Below, one piece after another: positions 39,630-49,996 of a stretch of DNA of 64,000 nt (within the stretch, counting starts at the first letter, position 1; every line of letters begins with the position of its first letter). This stretch comes from Pseudomonadales bacterium (GTDB lineage: Bacteria > Pseudomonadota > Gammaproteobacteria > Pseudomonadales > UBA5862), in assembly GCA_024234215.1 (NCBI GenBank), contig JACKOQ010000005.1, forward strand, positions 121,452 through 185,451, read 5' to 3'. The translations under genes were made by a program, and so were the position numbers. The notes under the pieces are model-generated. The model saw nothing but the letters and a program-made list of their open reading frames with translations, was not told the origin of the DNA and did no database searches.

Positions 39630-41416
39630 TTGTCCACCTTCAACACGGCCAGGAAGGCCTCCTGTGGCACCTCGACCGAGCCAAGCTGCTTCATGCGTTT
39701 TTTGCCTTCTTTCTGTTTTTCAAGCAGTTTGCGCTTGCGCGACACATCGCCTCCATAACATTTGGCGGTGACATTCTTGCGCAACGCCTTGACCGTGGTG
39801 CGGGCCAGCACCTGTCCGCCGATCGCTGCCTGAATCGCCACATCGAACATCTGCCGCGGAATCAGCTCGCGCAGCTTCTCGGCCACCTGGCGACCGCGCT
39901 GCTGCGCCTGCTGCCGATGCACGATCACCGCCAGCGCATCGACCTTGTCGCCATTGATCAGGATGTCGAGCCGCACCACGCTGGCCGGCTCGAAACGCTC
40001 GAAGCCGTAGTCGAGCGAGGCATAGCCACGGCTGACCGACTTGAGCCGGTCGAAGAAATCGAGCACCACCTCGCTCATCGGCAGTTCATAGACCAGCGAG
40101 GCCTGGTTGCCGTGGAATTGCAGATCCTTCTGCACGCCGCGCTTCTCGACGCAGAGGTTGATCACGCCGCCGAGATACTGCTGCGGCACCAGAATGTTGG
40201 CGCGGCAGATCGGTTCGCGCACCTCCAGGATCTGGTTGGGATCGGGCAGCTTGGAGGGGTTGTCGACCAGCACCACCTTCTGCTCCTTGGTCAATACCTC
40301 ATAGACCACCGTCGGCGCCGTCGTGATCAGGTTGAGGTCATACTCCCGCTCCAGCCGCTCCTGGATGATCTCCATGTGCAACATGCCGAGAAAACCGCAG
40401 CGAAAACCGAAACCGAGCGCATCCGAACTCTCCGGCTCGTAGAACAGCGAGGCATCGTTCAGGGTCAGCTTGGACAATGCCTCACGAAAGGCCTCGTAAT
40501 CCTCGGAGTTGACGGTGAAGAGCCCGGCATAGACCTGCGGCTTGATGCGGGCGAAACCGGCCAGCGCCTCCACCTCGGGCGTCGCGGCATGGGTGATGGT
40601 GTCACCGACCGGCGCGCCCTTCACCTCCTTGATGCCGGCCACCACATAGCCGACCTCGCCGGCGCTCAGCAGTCCGGTTTCGGTGCGCTTGGGGGTGAAG
40701 ATGCCGATGCCCTCGGCCTGGTGGCTGCGGCCCACCGACTTGATCAGAATCTTGTCGCCCTTTTTGATCTGTCCCTGCATCACCCGCACCAGCGACACCA
40801 CCCCCAGGTAGTTGTCGAACCAGGAGTCGATGATCAGGGCCTGCAGCGGTGCCGCGGCATCGCCGACCGGTGGCGGCATCACCTCGATCAGCTTTTCCAG
40901 CAGCTCCTCGACCCCCTGACCGGTCTTGGCGCTGACCAGCACCGCCTGATGGGTGTCGATGCCGATGATCTCCTCGATCTCGCGGCAGACCCGTTCGGGA
41001 TCGGCCTGCGGCAGGTCGATCTTGTTCAGCACCGGCAGCACCTCGAGCCCCTGCTCGATGGCGGTGTAACAGTTGGCCACCGATTGCGCCTCGACCCCCT
41101 GTGCGGCGTCGACCACCAGCAGTGCCCCTTCGCAGGCGGCCAGCGAACGTGACACCTCATAGGAGAAGTCGACGTGGCCCGGCGTGTCGATCAGATTGAG
41201 CTGATAGGTCAGCCCATCACGCGCCTTGTAATGCAGCGTGACGCTCTGCGCCTTGATGGTGATGCCGCGCTCGCGCTCGATGTCCATCGAGTCGAGCACC
41301 TGCGCGGACATCTCCCGCTCGCTGAGACCACCGCAGATCTGGATGAAGCGATCCGCCAGCGTCGATTTTCCATGGTCGATGTGGGCGATGATCGAAAAAT
41401 TGCGTATCTGCTGCAT
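39626..41416 (-). CDS. lepA: elongation factor 4 (LepA)
   Basis: Start chosen at [20 protein letters not shown] (41416). 596 aa. Confidence 0.95.
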   Translation of the reverse strand: MQQIRNFSIIAHIDHGKSTLADRFIQICGGLSEREMSAQVLDSMDIERERGITIKAQSVTLHYKARDGLTYQLNLIDTPGHVDFSYEVSRSLAACEGALLVVDAAQGVEAQSVANCYTAIEQGLEVLPVLNKIDLPQADPERVCREIEEIIGIDTHQAVLVSAKTGQGVEELLEKLIEVMPPPVGDAAAPLQALIIDSWFDNYLGVVSLVRVMQGQIKKGDKILIKSVGRSHQAEGIGIFTPKRTETGLLSAGEVGYVVAGIKEVKGAPVGDTITHAATPEVEALAGFARIKPQVYAGLFTVNSEDYEAFREALSKLTLNDASLFYEPESSDALGFGFRCGFLGMLHMEIIQERLEREYDLNLITTAPTVVYEVLTKEQKVVLVDNPSKLPDPNQILEVREPICRANILVPQQYLGGVINLCVEKRGVQKDLQFHGNQASLVYELPMSEVVLDFFDRLKSVSRGYASLDYGFERFEPASVVRLDILINGDKVDALAVIVHRQQAQQRGRQVAEKLRELIPRQMFDVAIQAAIGGQVLARTTVKALRKNVTAKCYGGDVSRKRKLLEKQKEGKKRMKQLGSVEVPQEAFLAVLKVDK

Positions 41417-41630
41417 GCTCACGTCGATCGGTTCACCGGCGGTGGGGTTAAAGGAGGGATGGACCGGCAAACGGCCCATAAAAGCTGCGGGATGCTAGCA
41501 AAGGCAGGGGAATTTTGCCATGCAAACCGCCCCACTCACTGCCATCCCGGTGTGGCTGACATGGCTGAATAACGGCTCCGGCAGGTCGGACGCCGATTCA
41601 GTGGAGCATGAAGCGGCATCCTCTGGGACG

Positions 41631-42011
41631 TCACCCCGCTCCCAGCAGTTCGATCGAATAGCCGTCGGGGTCCTTGACGAAGGCGAGCAGGGTCGAGCCA
41701 TGCTGCATCGGTCCCGGTTCACGGCTGATCACGCCGCCGGCAGCGCGGATGCGCTCGCAGGCGGCGTGGACATCCTCGACCTCGATCGCGATATGGCCAT
41801 AGCCGTTGCCCAGCTCGTAGTGGTCGGTGTCCCAGTTGTGGGTCAGTTCGATCTGGGCGCCGGGGTCATCGTCGAAGGCGAGAAAGGCCAGCGTGAAGCG
41901 CCCCTGCGGATACTCCTTGCGGCGCAGCAGCCGCATGCCGAGCACCCGCTGATAGAAATCGATCGACCGATCGAGGTCGGTGACACGCAGCATGGTGTGC
42001 AGAATGCGCAT
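41631..42011 (-). CDS. gloA: lactoylglutathione lyase (glyoxalase I)
   Basis: MRILHTMLRVTDLDRSIDFY closely resembles E. coli GloA. Confidence 0.9.
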   Translation of the reverse strand: MRILHTMLRVTDLDRSIDFYQRVLGMRLLRRKEYPQGRFTLAFLAFDDDPGAQIELTHNWDTDHYELGNGYGHIAIEVEDVHAACERIRAAGGVISREPGPMQHGSTLLAFVKDPDGYSIELLGAG

Positions 42012-42028
42012 GGTTTGGCGCTCCTTGG

Positions 42029-43243
42029 TCAAAGTTTGCGGCCACGGCGCGCGGCGATCCGCAGCCGCAGCGCATTGAGCTTGATGAAACCGCCGGCATC
42101 GGCCTGGTCGTAGGCGCCCTGGTCATCCTCGAAGGTGGCGATGCTGGCGTCGAACAGCGACTCATCCGAAGCGCGGCCAACGACGCTGACGTTGCCCTTG
42201 TAGAGCTTCAGCCGCACCTTGCCGTTGACATGCTGTTGCGACTGGTCGATCAGCGCCTGCAGGCAGAGCCGTTCGGGCGACCACCAGTAGCCGTTGTAGA
42301 TCAGCGAGGCATAGCGCGGCATCAGCTCATCCTTGAGGTGGGCCACCTCGCGGTCGAGGGTGATCGACTCGATGGCGCGGTGCGCCTTGAGCAGGATGGT
42401 ACCAGCCGGGGTTTCGTAACAGCCGCGCGACTTCATGCCGACATAGCGGTTCTCGACGATGTCGGTGCGCCCTACCCCATGGGCACCCCCCAGCCGGTTC
42501 AGCTCCAGCATCACCTCGGCGGCCGATTTGGCGACGCCATCGATCGCCACCACGTCGCCATTGACGAAAGTGAGCTCGACTTCGACCGCATGGTCGGGCG
42601 CCAGCTCCGGCGAGACGCTCCAGCGCCACATGCCCTCTTCCGGCTCGGCCCAGGGATCTTCGAGCACGGCGCCTTCGTAGGAGATGTGCAGCAGGTTGGC
42701 ATCCATCGAGTAGGGCGAGGCGTTGCCCCGCTTCTGCTCGACGGCGATGCCATGTTGTTCGCAGTAGGCGAGCAGCTTTTCGCGCGAGTTGAGCGTCCAC
42801 TCCCGCCATGGTGCGATCACGCGGATGCCCGGTTTGAGTGCATAGGCACCCAGTTCGAAACGGACCTGGTCATTGCCCTTGCCGGTGGCGCCATGGGAGA
42901 TGGCATCGGCGCCGGTCTCCTCGGCGATCTCGACCAGCCGGCGGGCGATCAGCGGCCGGGCGATCGAGGTGCCGAGCAGGTACTCGCCCTCGTAGAGGGT
43001 GTTGGCGCGGAACATCGGAAAAACGTAGTCGCGAGCAAAGGTTTCGCGCAGATCCTCGATGTAGATCTCCTTGATGCCCATCGCCTGGGCCTTGGCGCGG
43101 GCCGGTTCGAGCTCTTCGCCCTGCCCCAGGTCGGCGGTGAAGGTGACCACCTCGCAGTGGTAGGTCTCACGCAGCCAGTGGGCAATCACCGAGGTGTCGA
43201 GACCGCCGGAATAGGCCAGTACCACTTTTTTGATCGCAGACAT
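42029..43243 (-). CDS. argG: argininosuccinate synthase
   Basis: Start chosen at [19 protein letters not shown] (43243). Confidence 0.95.
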   Translation of the reverse strand: MSAIKKVVLAYSGGLDTSVIAHWLRETYHCEVVTFTADLGQGEELEPARAKAQAMGIKEIYIEDLRETFARDYVFPMFRANTLYEGEYLLGTSIARPLIARRLVEIAEETGADAISHGATGKGNDQVRFELGAYALKPGIRVIAPWREWTLNSREKLLAYCEQHGIAVEQKRGNASPYSMDANLLHISYEGAVLEDPWAEPEEGMWRWSVSPELAPDHAVEVELTFVNGDVVAIDGVAKSAAEVMLELNRLGGAHGVGRTDIVENRYVGMKSRGCYETPAGTILLKAHRAIESITLDREVAHLKDELMPRYASLIYNGYWWSPERLCLQALIDQSQQHVNGKVRLKLYKGNVSVVGRASDESLFDASIATFEDDQGAYDQADAGGFIKLNALRLRIAARRGRKL

Positions 43244-43265
43244 GGGGCTCCTCAATCAGGGATGT

Positions 43266-44042
43266 TCAATGGGTGAATTCAAAGGGGTCGGCATCGAGAT
43301 GGGCCGGAAAACCGGCCCGGAACCGCTGCAGTGCCGCCAGATCGAGCGTCGCGGTCAGCAGCGCCTCTTCGCCGGGTGCAGCCGCCAGCAGCGGTTCACC
43401 CAGCCAGTCGTAGAGTGCGCTGTCGCCGCTGTAGGCGTGGCCCTTGCCATCCAGACCGACACGATTGACCGCCGCGACATAGCTGAGATTCTCGATCGCG
43501 CGCGCCGGCAGCAGCCGTTGCCAGGCACTGCTGCGCGCTGCCGGCCAGTTGGCGACGCACAGCAGCAGGTCGTAGTCGTCGCGGTTGCGACACCAGACCG
43601 GAAAGCGCAGGTCATAACAGATGATCGGTCGAATCCTGAAACCGTTCAGTGACATCACCACCGCCGATTCGCCGCTGCGGTAGTGGTGATGTTCGCCAGC
43701 CATGCGAAAACAGTGGCGTTTGTCGTAGTGGTGCAAGGCTCCATCAGGGGTGGCCCAGACGAAGCGGTTGTAACAGAGACCCTGCTCCTCGATCGCCAGC
43801 GAACCGCAGACGACGGCGTTGCGTGCCTGGGCGGTGGTGCGCAGCCAGGCGATGCCGCGGCCAGCCATGGGTTCGGCCTGCTGCTGACTCGCCATCGTGA
43901 AGCCGGTGGTGAACATCTCCGGCAGCACGATCAGGTCGACCGCCGCGAGCGGCGCCAGCAGCTGATCGAAGTGGGCCAGGTTGGCCTCGATGTCATGCCA
44001 GGCGAGATCGGCCTGCACCAGCGCCAATGTCAGAGTCGACAT
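43266..44042 (-). CDS. nitrilase-superfamily amidohydrolase (omega-amidase, YafV/MtnU-like)
   Basis: CN-hydrolase fold (..LPEMFTTGF.., ..ICYDLRFP..). Overlaps the upstream aminotransferase gene. Confidence 0.8.
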   Translation of the reverse strand: MSTLTLALVQADLAWHDIEANLAHFDQLLAPLAAVDLIVLPEMFTTGFTMASQQQAEPMAGRGIAWLRTTAQARNAVVCGSLAIEEQGLCYNRFVWATPDGALHHYDKRHCFRMAGEHHHYRSGESAVVMSLNGFRIRPIICYDLRFPVWCRNRDDYDLLLCVANWPAARSSAWQRLLPARAIENLSYVAAVNRVGLDGKGHAYSGDSALYDWLGEPLLAAAPGEEALLTATLDLAALQRFRAGFPAHLDADPFEFTH

Positions 44043-45193
44043 AGCCGCTCCGCCGCCTGCAGCAATACCGCATCACTCTTGGCGAAACAGAAGCGGACGA
44101 TGCGGGTCGCCGGTGGTGTCTGATAGAAGACCGACACCGGAATCACCGCCACCTTGGCCTCCCGGGTCAGCCACTGGGCGAACTCGACATCGTTCAGGTC
44201 GACGATGGCATCGTAGGCGGCCAGTTGAAAGTAGGTGCCCCGGCACGGCAGCAGCTCGAAGCGGCTCGGCTTCAGCGCGGCGGCAAAGAGGTCGCGCTTT
44301 TGCTGGTAGAAGGCCGGCAATCCGGCCAGATGCTCGGGCTGGGCGCGCAGGGTGTCGGCGATGGCCCACTGCGCCGGCGTGAAGCTGGCGAAGGTCAGAA
44401 ACTGATGCACCTTGCGGAACTCCGCCGACAGCGGCGGCGGCGCGATGCAGTAACCCAGCTTCCAGCCGGTGATGTGAAAACTCTTGCCGAAGGAGGAGAT
44501 GATGAAGCTGCGCGCCGCCAGCTCGGCATGACGGTGAAAACTGGCATGGTCGAGGCCATCGAAGTGGATGTACTCATACACCTCATCGGCGATCAGCCAG
44601 ATGTCGCGCTGGCGCACCAGCGCTGCCAACTGCTGCAGATCCTCGCCCGCCAGCACCGATCCGGTGGGGTTGTGTGGCGAATTGATGATGATCAGCCGGG
44701 TTCTGTCACTGATGCAGTCGGCCACTCGATTCCAGTCGATGCGAAACTCCGGCGCTTCGAGGGCAATGTGGCGGGCAGTGCCACCGCTCAATTCGATTGC
44801 CGGTTCGTAGGAGTCATAGGCCGGATCGAACAGGATCACCTCATCGCCGGGACGCACCACGGCGGTGATGGCGGCATAGAGCGCCTCGGTGGCGCCGGAG
44901 GTGACGGTGACCTCCTGCTCGGCATCGACCCGGCGCCGATAGCGGCGCGCCACCTGCTCGGCGATCGCCTCACGCAGCGTCGCCACGCCGGTCATCGGTG
45001 CATACTGATTGTAGCCCTGCTCGACATAGTGATGCAGCCGCTCGCGCAGCAGTGCCGGCCCATCGAAATCGGGAAAGCCCTGCGACAGATTGATGGCCCC
45101 GCACTCGGCAGCCAGCGCCGACATGCGGGTGAAGATGGTGGTGCCCACCTGGGGCAGCTTGCTTGGCAGTGGCCGGATCATGGGCAAGGTCAT
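44030..45193 (-). CDS. PLP-dependent aminotransferase (methionine/KMTB aminotransferase, YbdL/MtnE-like)
   Basis: Start chosen at MTLPMIRPLPSKL (45193). ..INLSQGFPDF.. and SFGKSFHITGWKLGY (PLP Lys). Confidence 0.8.
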   Translation of the reverse strand: MTLPMIRPLPSKLPQVGTTIFTRMSALAAECGAINLSQGFPDFDGPALLRERLHHYVEQGYNQYAPMTGVATLREAIAEQVARRYRRRVDAEQEVTVTSGATEALYAAITAVVRPGDEVILFDPAYDSYEPAIELSGGTARHIALEAPEFRIDWNRVADCISDRTRLIIINSPHNPTGSVLAGEDLQQLAALVRQRDIWLIADEVYEYIHFDGLDHASFHRHAELAARSFIISSFGKSFHITGWKLGYCIAPPPLSAEFRKVHQFLTFASFTPAQWAIADTLRAQPEHLAGLPAFYQQKRDLFAAALKPSRFELLPCRGTYFQLAAYDAIVDLNDVEFAQWLTREAKVAVIPVSVFYQTPPATRIVRFCFAKSDAVLLQAAERLCRL

Positions 45194-45335
45194 CGCTGTC
45201 TCGATCAAAGCCCGTCGGCGGTGCGCACGGGCGGTGCAGAACATCGGGTCGCCGTCGGAATGCAGGCCATGCGGCGCTGCGGCTTTCGGGCTATCATCGC
45301 CGCCACCCGAGGCAGCCAACACGAGGCCGGCAAGC

Positions 45336-45959
45336 ATGGCACAACCTGACGACGTGGATCAACTGGCCGAACGGCTGGTCGAGACGGTGCGCTTTTTTGC
45401 CGAAAATGGCCACTGTCCCGCCACCGGCGGCAACTTTTCGCTGCGCAGCGGCGATCGGGTGCTGATCACCGCCTCCGGTGTCGACAAGCGGAGCCTGACC
45501 CGCGCGCAACTGCTCGGCCTCACGCTCGATGGCCAGTTGTGCGCACCGGGCAAGCCCTCGGCCGAAACCGAGCTGCATCTGGCGCTCTACCGTGCCGACG
45601 CCGACATCGGCGCGGTGCTGCACATCCACTCCGTCGCCGCCACCGTGCTGTCGCGGCTGATCGACGGCGACACGCTGCCCCTGCACGGCTACGAGATGCA
45701 AAAGGCGATCAGTGGCATCGACAGCCATCAGCAGACGTTGCTGCTGCCGCTGGTCGACAACAGCCAGCAGATGGCCTGCATCGCCGAGCAGATCGAACGG
45801 CAATGGTCCACCGCCCAGCGTGCCCATGCGGTGCTGGTGCGTGGTCATGGCCTCTACGCCTGGGGTCATGATCTAGCAGCGGCCCGCCGCCACCTCGAAG
45901 GGTGGGAGTTCCTGCTCCAGTGTGAACTGAACCGACGGCTGCTGGAGCGAAACCCATGA
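45336..45959 (+). CDS. mtnB: methylthioribulose-1-phosphate dehydratase
   Basis: ATG at 45336. Class II aldolase fold (ATGGNFSLR..ITASGVDK..HIHS). Confidence 0.85.
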   Translation: MAQPDDVDQLAERLVETVRFFAENGHCPATGGNFSLRSGDRVLITASGVDKRSLTRAQLLGLTLDGQLCAPGKPSAETELHLALYRADADIGAVLHIHSVAATVLSRLIDGDTLPLHGYEMQKAISGIDSHQQTLLLPLVDNSQQMACIAEQIERQWSTAQRAHAVLVRGHGLYAWGHDLAAARRHLEGWEFLLQCELNRRLLERNP

Positions 45960-46648
45960 CGCTGCGCGCCATCGTCACCGACATCGAAGGCACCACCACC
46001 GACATCCACTTCGTCCACCGGGTGCTGTTCCCCTACGCTGCCGAACGGCTCGAAGGGTTCATCCGCCAGCATGGCGATGAGGCCGAGGTGGCCGCCCTCC
46101 TCGACCAGGTGCGTGAGGAGATCCGCCAGCCGCAGGCCACGGCTGCCGCATTGGTCGACACCCTGCAACAGTGGATCAAACTCGATCTGAAGCTGACCCC
46201 GCTGAAAAGCCTGCAAGGGCTGATCTGGCGCGAAGGTTACCAGCAGGGCCACTTCACCGCCCACATCTACCCCGAGGTGGCCGCTGCCCTGCGCGACTGG
46301 CAGCGGCATGGCTTGGCCCTCTATGTCTACTCCTCCGGCTCGGTCGAGGCACAGCGACTGCTGTTCGCCCACACCCAGGATGGCGACCTCACCCCGCTCT
46401 TCAGCGGCTACTTCGACACCCGCATCGGCGCCAAACGCGAACGCTCGAGCTATGACAGAATTGCCGAACGGATCGGCCTTGCCGGTGACGAAATCCTGTT
46501 TCTGAGCGATGTCGAGGCCGAACTGGATGCCGCTGCCGCCGCCGGTTTTCACACCTGCCTGCTGCTGCGCGATGGCGCCAACGGCAGCGGCCACCATCCA
46601 TCCGCCCACGATTTCGAGCAGATTCCACTCCTGCAGGAGCAGCCATGA
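45956..46648 (+). CDS. mtnC: acireductone synthase (enolase-phosphatase E1)
   Basis: IVTDIEGTTTDI HAD motif. Lies between mtnB and mtnD. Confidence 0.9.
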   Translation: MTLRAIVTDIEGTTTDIHFVHRVLFPYAAERLEGFIRQHGDEAEVAALLDQVREEIRQPQATAAALVDTLQQWIKLDLKLTPLKSLQGLIWREGYQQGHFTAHIYPEVAAALRDWQRHGLALYVYSSGSVEAQRLLFAHTQDGDLTPLFSGYFDTRIGAKRERSSYDRIAERIGLAGDEILFLSDVEAELDAAAAAGFHTCLLLRDGANGSGHHPSAHDFEQIPLLQEQP

Positions 46649-47196
46649 GCCACCTGACCCGCTACCACCAGGACCGACCCGAACAGCCACTCGGCAACAC
46701 GAGCGACGCCGAGGAGATTCGCGCGCTGCTGGCCGAGGCCGGCGTGCGCTTCGAGCGCTGGCGCGCCGACCGGCCGCTGCCGGCCGATGCCGATCAGGCA
46801 CAGATCGGTGCCGCCTACCGCAGCGAGATCGACCGGCTGATGCGCGAAGGCGGCTACCAATCCTGGGATGTGATCTCGATGCGGCCCGACCACCCCGACC
46901 GGCTGGCGATGCGGCAGAAATTCCTCGACGAACACACCCATGCCGAAGACGAAGTGCGCTTCTTCGTCGCTGGCGAAGGGCTGTTCAACCTGCACCTCGG
47001 TGAAACCGTTTTTGCGCTGCTCTGCCAGCGCGAAGACCTGATCAGCGTTCCGGCCGGCACCCGCCACTGGTTCGACATGGGCGATCAGCCCGACTTCATC
47101 GCCATTCGCCTCTTCACCAATCCCGAAGGCTGGGTGGCGCGGATGACCGGCGACGGGATCGGCCGCCGCTTTCCGTCCATCGACCACTACCGCTGA
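46645..47196 (+). CDS. mtnD: acireductone dioxygenase
   Basis: ARD cupin (..EHTHAEDEVRFFVAGEG..). Confidence 0.9.
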   Translation: MSHLTRYHQDRPEQPLGNTSDAEEIRALLAEAGVRFERWRADRPLPADADQAQIGAAYRSEIDRLMREGGYQSWDVISMRPDHPDRLAMRQKFLDEHTHAEDEVRFFVAGEGLFNLHLGETVFALLCQREDLISVPAGTRHWFDMGDQPDFIAIRLFTNPEGWVARMTGDGIGRRFPSIDHYR

Positions 47197-47276
47197 GCTG
47201 TGGTGCGTCATCGGCTTGTAATGCCGCGATGCTTGGAGTCTAATCTCGCCCTTTTTCCTTCGAGAGCGGCGTAACC

Positions 47277-48524
47277 ATGGCACTTTATGTGCAAAAATTT
47301 GGCGGCACCTCGGTTGGCACCCTGCCCCGCATCGAGGCGGTTGCCGAAAAAGTGGCCAGCTACCGCAACCAGGGACACGATCTGGTGGTGGTGGTCTCGG
47401 CCATGAGCGGCGAGACCAACCGCCTGCTGGGTCTCGCCCGGGATCTGGCCGATCCGGCCGACCCCCGCGAACTCGATGCATTGGTCTGCACGGGTGAGCA
47501 GGTCACCGCCGCACTGCTGGCCATGGCGCTGATCAAACGCGGCTGCCCCGCCCGCTCGATGAACGGCGCCCAGGTGCCGATTCTGACCGACAACGCCTTC
47601 ACCAAGGCCCGCATCGACCGCATCGACGACCAGGCGCTGCGCGCCGCGCTGGCGGCTGGCGAAGTGGTGGTGGTCACCGGATTTCAGGGGGTCGATGCCG
47701 AGGGCAACGTCACCACGCTCGGCCGGGGCGGCTCCGACACCACCGCCGTGGCGCTGGCCGCCGCCCTCAAGGCCGATGAGTGCCAGATCTACACCGATGT
47801 CGATGGCGTCTACACCACCGATCCACGGGTGGTTGAACGCGCGCGACGGCTGGAGCGGATCACCTTCGAGGAGATGCTGGAGATGGCCAGCCTCGGCTCC
47901 AAGGTGCTGCAGATTCGTTCGGTCGAATTCGCCGGCAAGTATGCCGTCCCGTTGCGGGTGCTCTCCAGCTTCGTGGAGGGCTCCGGCACCCTGATCACCC
48001 TGGAGAACCCGAACATGATGGAAAATCCGATCATCTCCGGCATCGCCTTCAACCGCGACGAAGCCAAGGTCACCGTGCTCGGCGTGCCCGATGTGCCCGG
48101 CGTGGCCGCACGCATCCTCTGCCCGATCAGCGACGCCAACATCGAGGTCGATGTCATCGTGCAGAATGTCGCCGCCGACAGGAGCACCGACTTCACCTTC
48201 ACCGTGCATCGCAACGACCTGCAGAAGGCGCTGGCAATCCTCAACGCCCAGGCCGGAGCACTCAATGCCCGTGAAATCAAGGGCGACAGAAGCGTGGTCA
48301 AGGTCTCGCTGGTCGGGGTGGGCATGCGCTCGCACGCCGGTATCGCCAGCAAGATGTTTGCTACACTTGCCGAGGTTGGGATCAACATCCAGATCATCAC
48401 CACCTCGGAAATCAAGATTTCAGTGGTGATCGACGAGAAGTACCTGGAACTGGCAGTTCGCTCCCTGCACACCGCATTCGGGCTGGACGCGCCCGAAGAG
48501 ATTGCCGTCGTCGAAGAGGGCTGA
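47277..48524 (+). CDS. lysC: aspartate kinase
   Basis: MALYVQKFGGTSVG..VVVSAM.. with C-terminal ACT domains. Confidence 0.95.
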   Translation: MALYVQKFGGTSVGTLPRIEAVAEKVASYRNQGHDLVVVVSAMSGETNRLLGLARDLADPADPRELDALVCTGEQVTAALLAMALIKRGCPARSMNGAQVPILTDNAFTKARIDRIDDQALRAALAAGEVVVVTGFQGVDAEGNVTTLGRGGSDTTAVALAAALKADECQIYTDVDGVYTTDPRVVERARRLERITFEEMLEMASLGSKVLQIRSVEFAGKYAVPLRVLSSFVEGSGTLITLENPNMMENPIISGIAFNRDEAKVTVLGVPDVPGVAARILCPISDANIEVDVIVQNVAADRSTDFTFTVHRNDLQKALAILNAQAGALNAREIKGDRSVVKVSLVGVGMRSHAGIASKMFATLAEVGINIQIITTSEIKISVVIDEKYLELAVRSLHTAFGLDAPEEIAVVEEG

Positions 48525-48605
48525 AAGCCCCGCCCAGACACTGGGTGCATGGCACCGCCCTTGAGCGGAACAAGATTCAAGAACGGAACAACGAGGAGAA
48601 ACGCA

Positions 48606-48794
48606 ATGTTGATACTGACCCGCCGGGTTGGCGAAACCCTGATCATCGGTGATGACATCACCGTCACCGTGCTGGGCGTCAAGGGCAACCAGGTGCGCCT
48701 GGGCGTCGACGCCCCCAAGGAAGTCTCGGTGCACCGCGAAGAGATCTACCAGCGCATTCAGGCCGAAAAACGGCAAGGCCACGACGACGAATGA
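48606..48794 (+). CDS. csrA: carbon storage regulator CsrA
   Basis: [48 protein letters not shown], with AGGAGA upstream. Confidence 0.95.
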   Translation: MLILTRRVGETLIIGDDITVTVLGVKGNQVRLGVDAPKEVSVHREEIYQRIQAEKRQGHDDE

Positions 48795-48929
48795 GGTCGA
48801 TTCACGCTGCCGTGCGTGTTATCATGTCGCCCGCTTCGCGGCGGGTCTGACACCATCAGGCCGCGAATCTTCAAACCTGCCAGATCAGAACCGCAAGCCG
48901 TTCGTCCGCTGCGCTGTTCGACGTTTTCC

Positions 48930-49020
48930 GGAGAGGTGGCCGAGAGGCCGAAGGCGCTCCCCTGCTAAGGGAGTATGGGTCAAAAGCTCATCGAGGGTTC
49001 GAATCCCTCCCTCTCCGCCA
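48930..49020 (+). tRNA. tRNA-Ser (anticodon GCU)
   Basis: Acceptor GGAGAGG/CCTCTCC-G-CCA. Anticodon arm CTCCC[CTGCTAA]GGGAG. Long variable arm. T arm GAGGG-TTCGAAT-CCCTC. Confidence 0.9.
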
Positions 49021-49150
49021 CATCGCCATGCCAATGCAATCTCTTTCGCTGATCGGCTGGATCTTGCCAGTCCATCACCTGATGATTCCGGCAACACCAT
49101 ACAAATCATGCTCTTGACTCGAAATCGGGCAAGCTGTTCTGACCAAGAAC

Positions 49151-49170
49151 GGGAAACCGTGGTCTGTCCC
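49151..49170. repeat. solo terminal-repeat unit of the MITE-like element
   Basis: GGGAAACCGTGGTCTGTCCC lies 130 bp after tRNA-Ser, at the distal edge of array B. Confidence 0.75.
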
Positions 49171-49196
49171 AGATCCTTCGAAAACCGTCTCTTCAC

Positions 49197-49292
49197 GTCC
49201 AACCTCCGTCGTCTGGGGGATTGGACTCCAAACTACCGCACTACTCAAAATCGGGGGGACATCGGCACTTCGGGTGCAACGAAGGGTTAGCC
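49197..49292 (-). repeat. putative attC of the vapBC cassette (atypical)
   Basis: Bounded by GTCCAAC and GTTAGCC. The internal complementarity is only weak and unlike the other attC sites. GTTAGCC nearly complements GGATAAC at 49991. Confidence 0.35.
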
Positions 49293-49358
49293 CGCAGTAG
49301 CTTGACCGAGCCCGATACTTTAACCATAATGGAACCATTTTGGTTGGAGTGCCACACA

Positions 49359-49604
49359 ATGCCTACGACGCTGACCTTGAAGAACATTCCGGATGAGGTG
49401 TACGAGCGGCTCAAGCTCTCGGCTGCAGCCCACCGACGCAGCATGAACAGCGAGGCGATTGTGTGCCTGGAGACAGCGCTGCTGGCGAACAGGCTTGCTC
49501 CTGCCGAACGGCTTGCGCGAGCACGGACACTACGCGCGGCGTTGCCGAAGGGGAAGTTCCGAGCGACGGACATTGACGCCATGAAGCAAGAGGGCCGCTC
49601 GTGA
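49359..49604 (+). CDS. vapB: VapB-type antitoxin (ribbon-helix-helix, FitA/StbC-like)
   Basis: MPTTLTLKNIPDEVYERLKLSAAAHRRSMNSEAI. Overlaps the PIN gene by 4 nt. Confidence 0.8.
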   Translation: MPTTLTLKNIPDEVYERLKLSAAAHRRSMNSEAIVCLETALLANRLAPAERLARARTLRAALPKGKFRATDIDAMKQEGRS

Positions 49605-49996
49605 TTGTGGTGGACTCGAATGTGGTTGCGTACTTGTACTTGCCCGGCGAGCACACCGCCAAGGCGGAAGCCCTGCTCGAGCAAGACCCGGACTGGGCGG
49701 CGCCGGTACTGTGGCGCAGCGAGTTCCGCAACATACTTGCCGGATACCTGCGGCGCAAGATCCTGACCTTCGACCAGGCCTGCAGCCTTCAAAGTGAGGC
49801 TGAAGAGCTATTCGCTGGATCGGAGTTCGAGGTTGACTCGAAGGCAGTGCTTGAACTGGTACGCGACAGTGACTGCTCAGCGTATGACTGTGAGTTCATT
49901 GCGCTGGCGAACAAGCTGCAGGTCAAGCTGGTGACGATGAATGCCAAGCTTCTGAGGGCCTTCCCAAAGCGAACGATCTCGCTCGCTGCGGGATAA
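49601..49996 (+). CDS. vapC: VapC-type PIN-domain toxin
   Basis: MIVVDSNVV..(D)..SAYDCEFIALA, with acidic PIN residues. GTG start. Confidence 0.85.
   Translation: MIVVDSNVVAYLYLPGEHTAKAEALLEQDPDWAAPVLWRSEFRNILAGYLRRKILTFDQACSLQSEAEELFAGSEFEVDSKAVLELVRDSDCSAYDCEFIALANKLQVKLVTMNAKLLRAFPKRTISLAAG

Noticed and set aside
49197-49349. Alternative short attC for vapBC (TTAACCATAATGG-AA-CCATTTTGGTTGGAG, about 49319..49349), whose GTTGGAG box nearly complements GTCCAA at 50559.
   Set aside because: At about 30 bp it is too short for a functional attC, and one box mismatches. It is kept only as a note because it could be a remnant. The 49197..49292 site is itself listed with low confidence.
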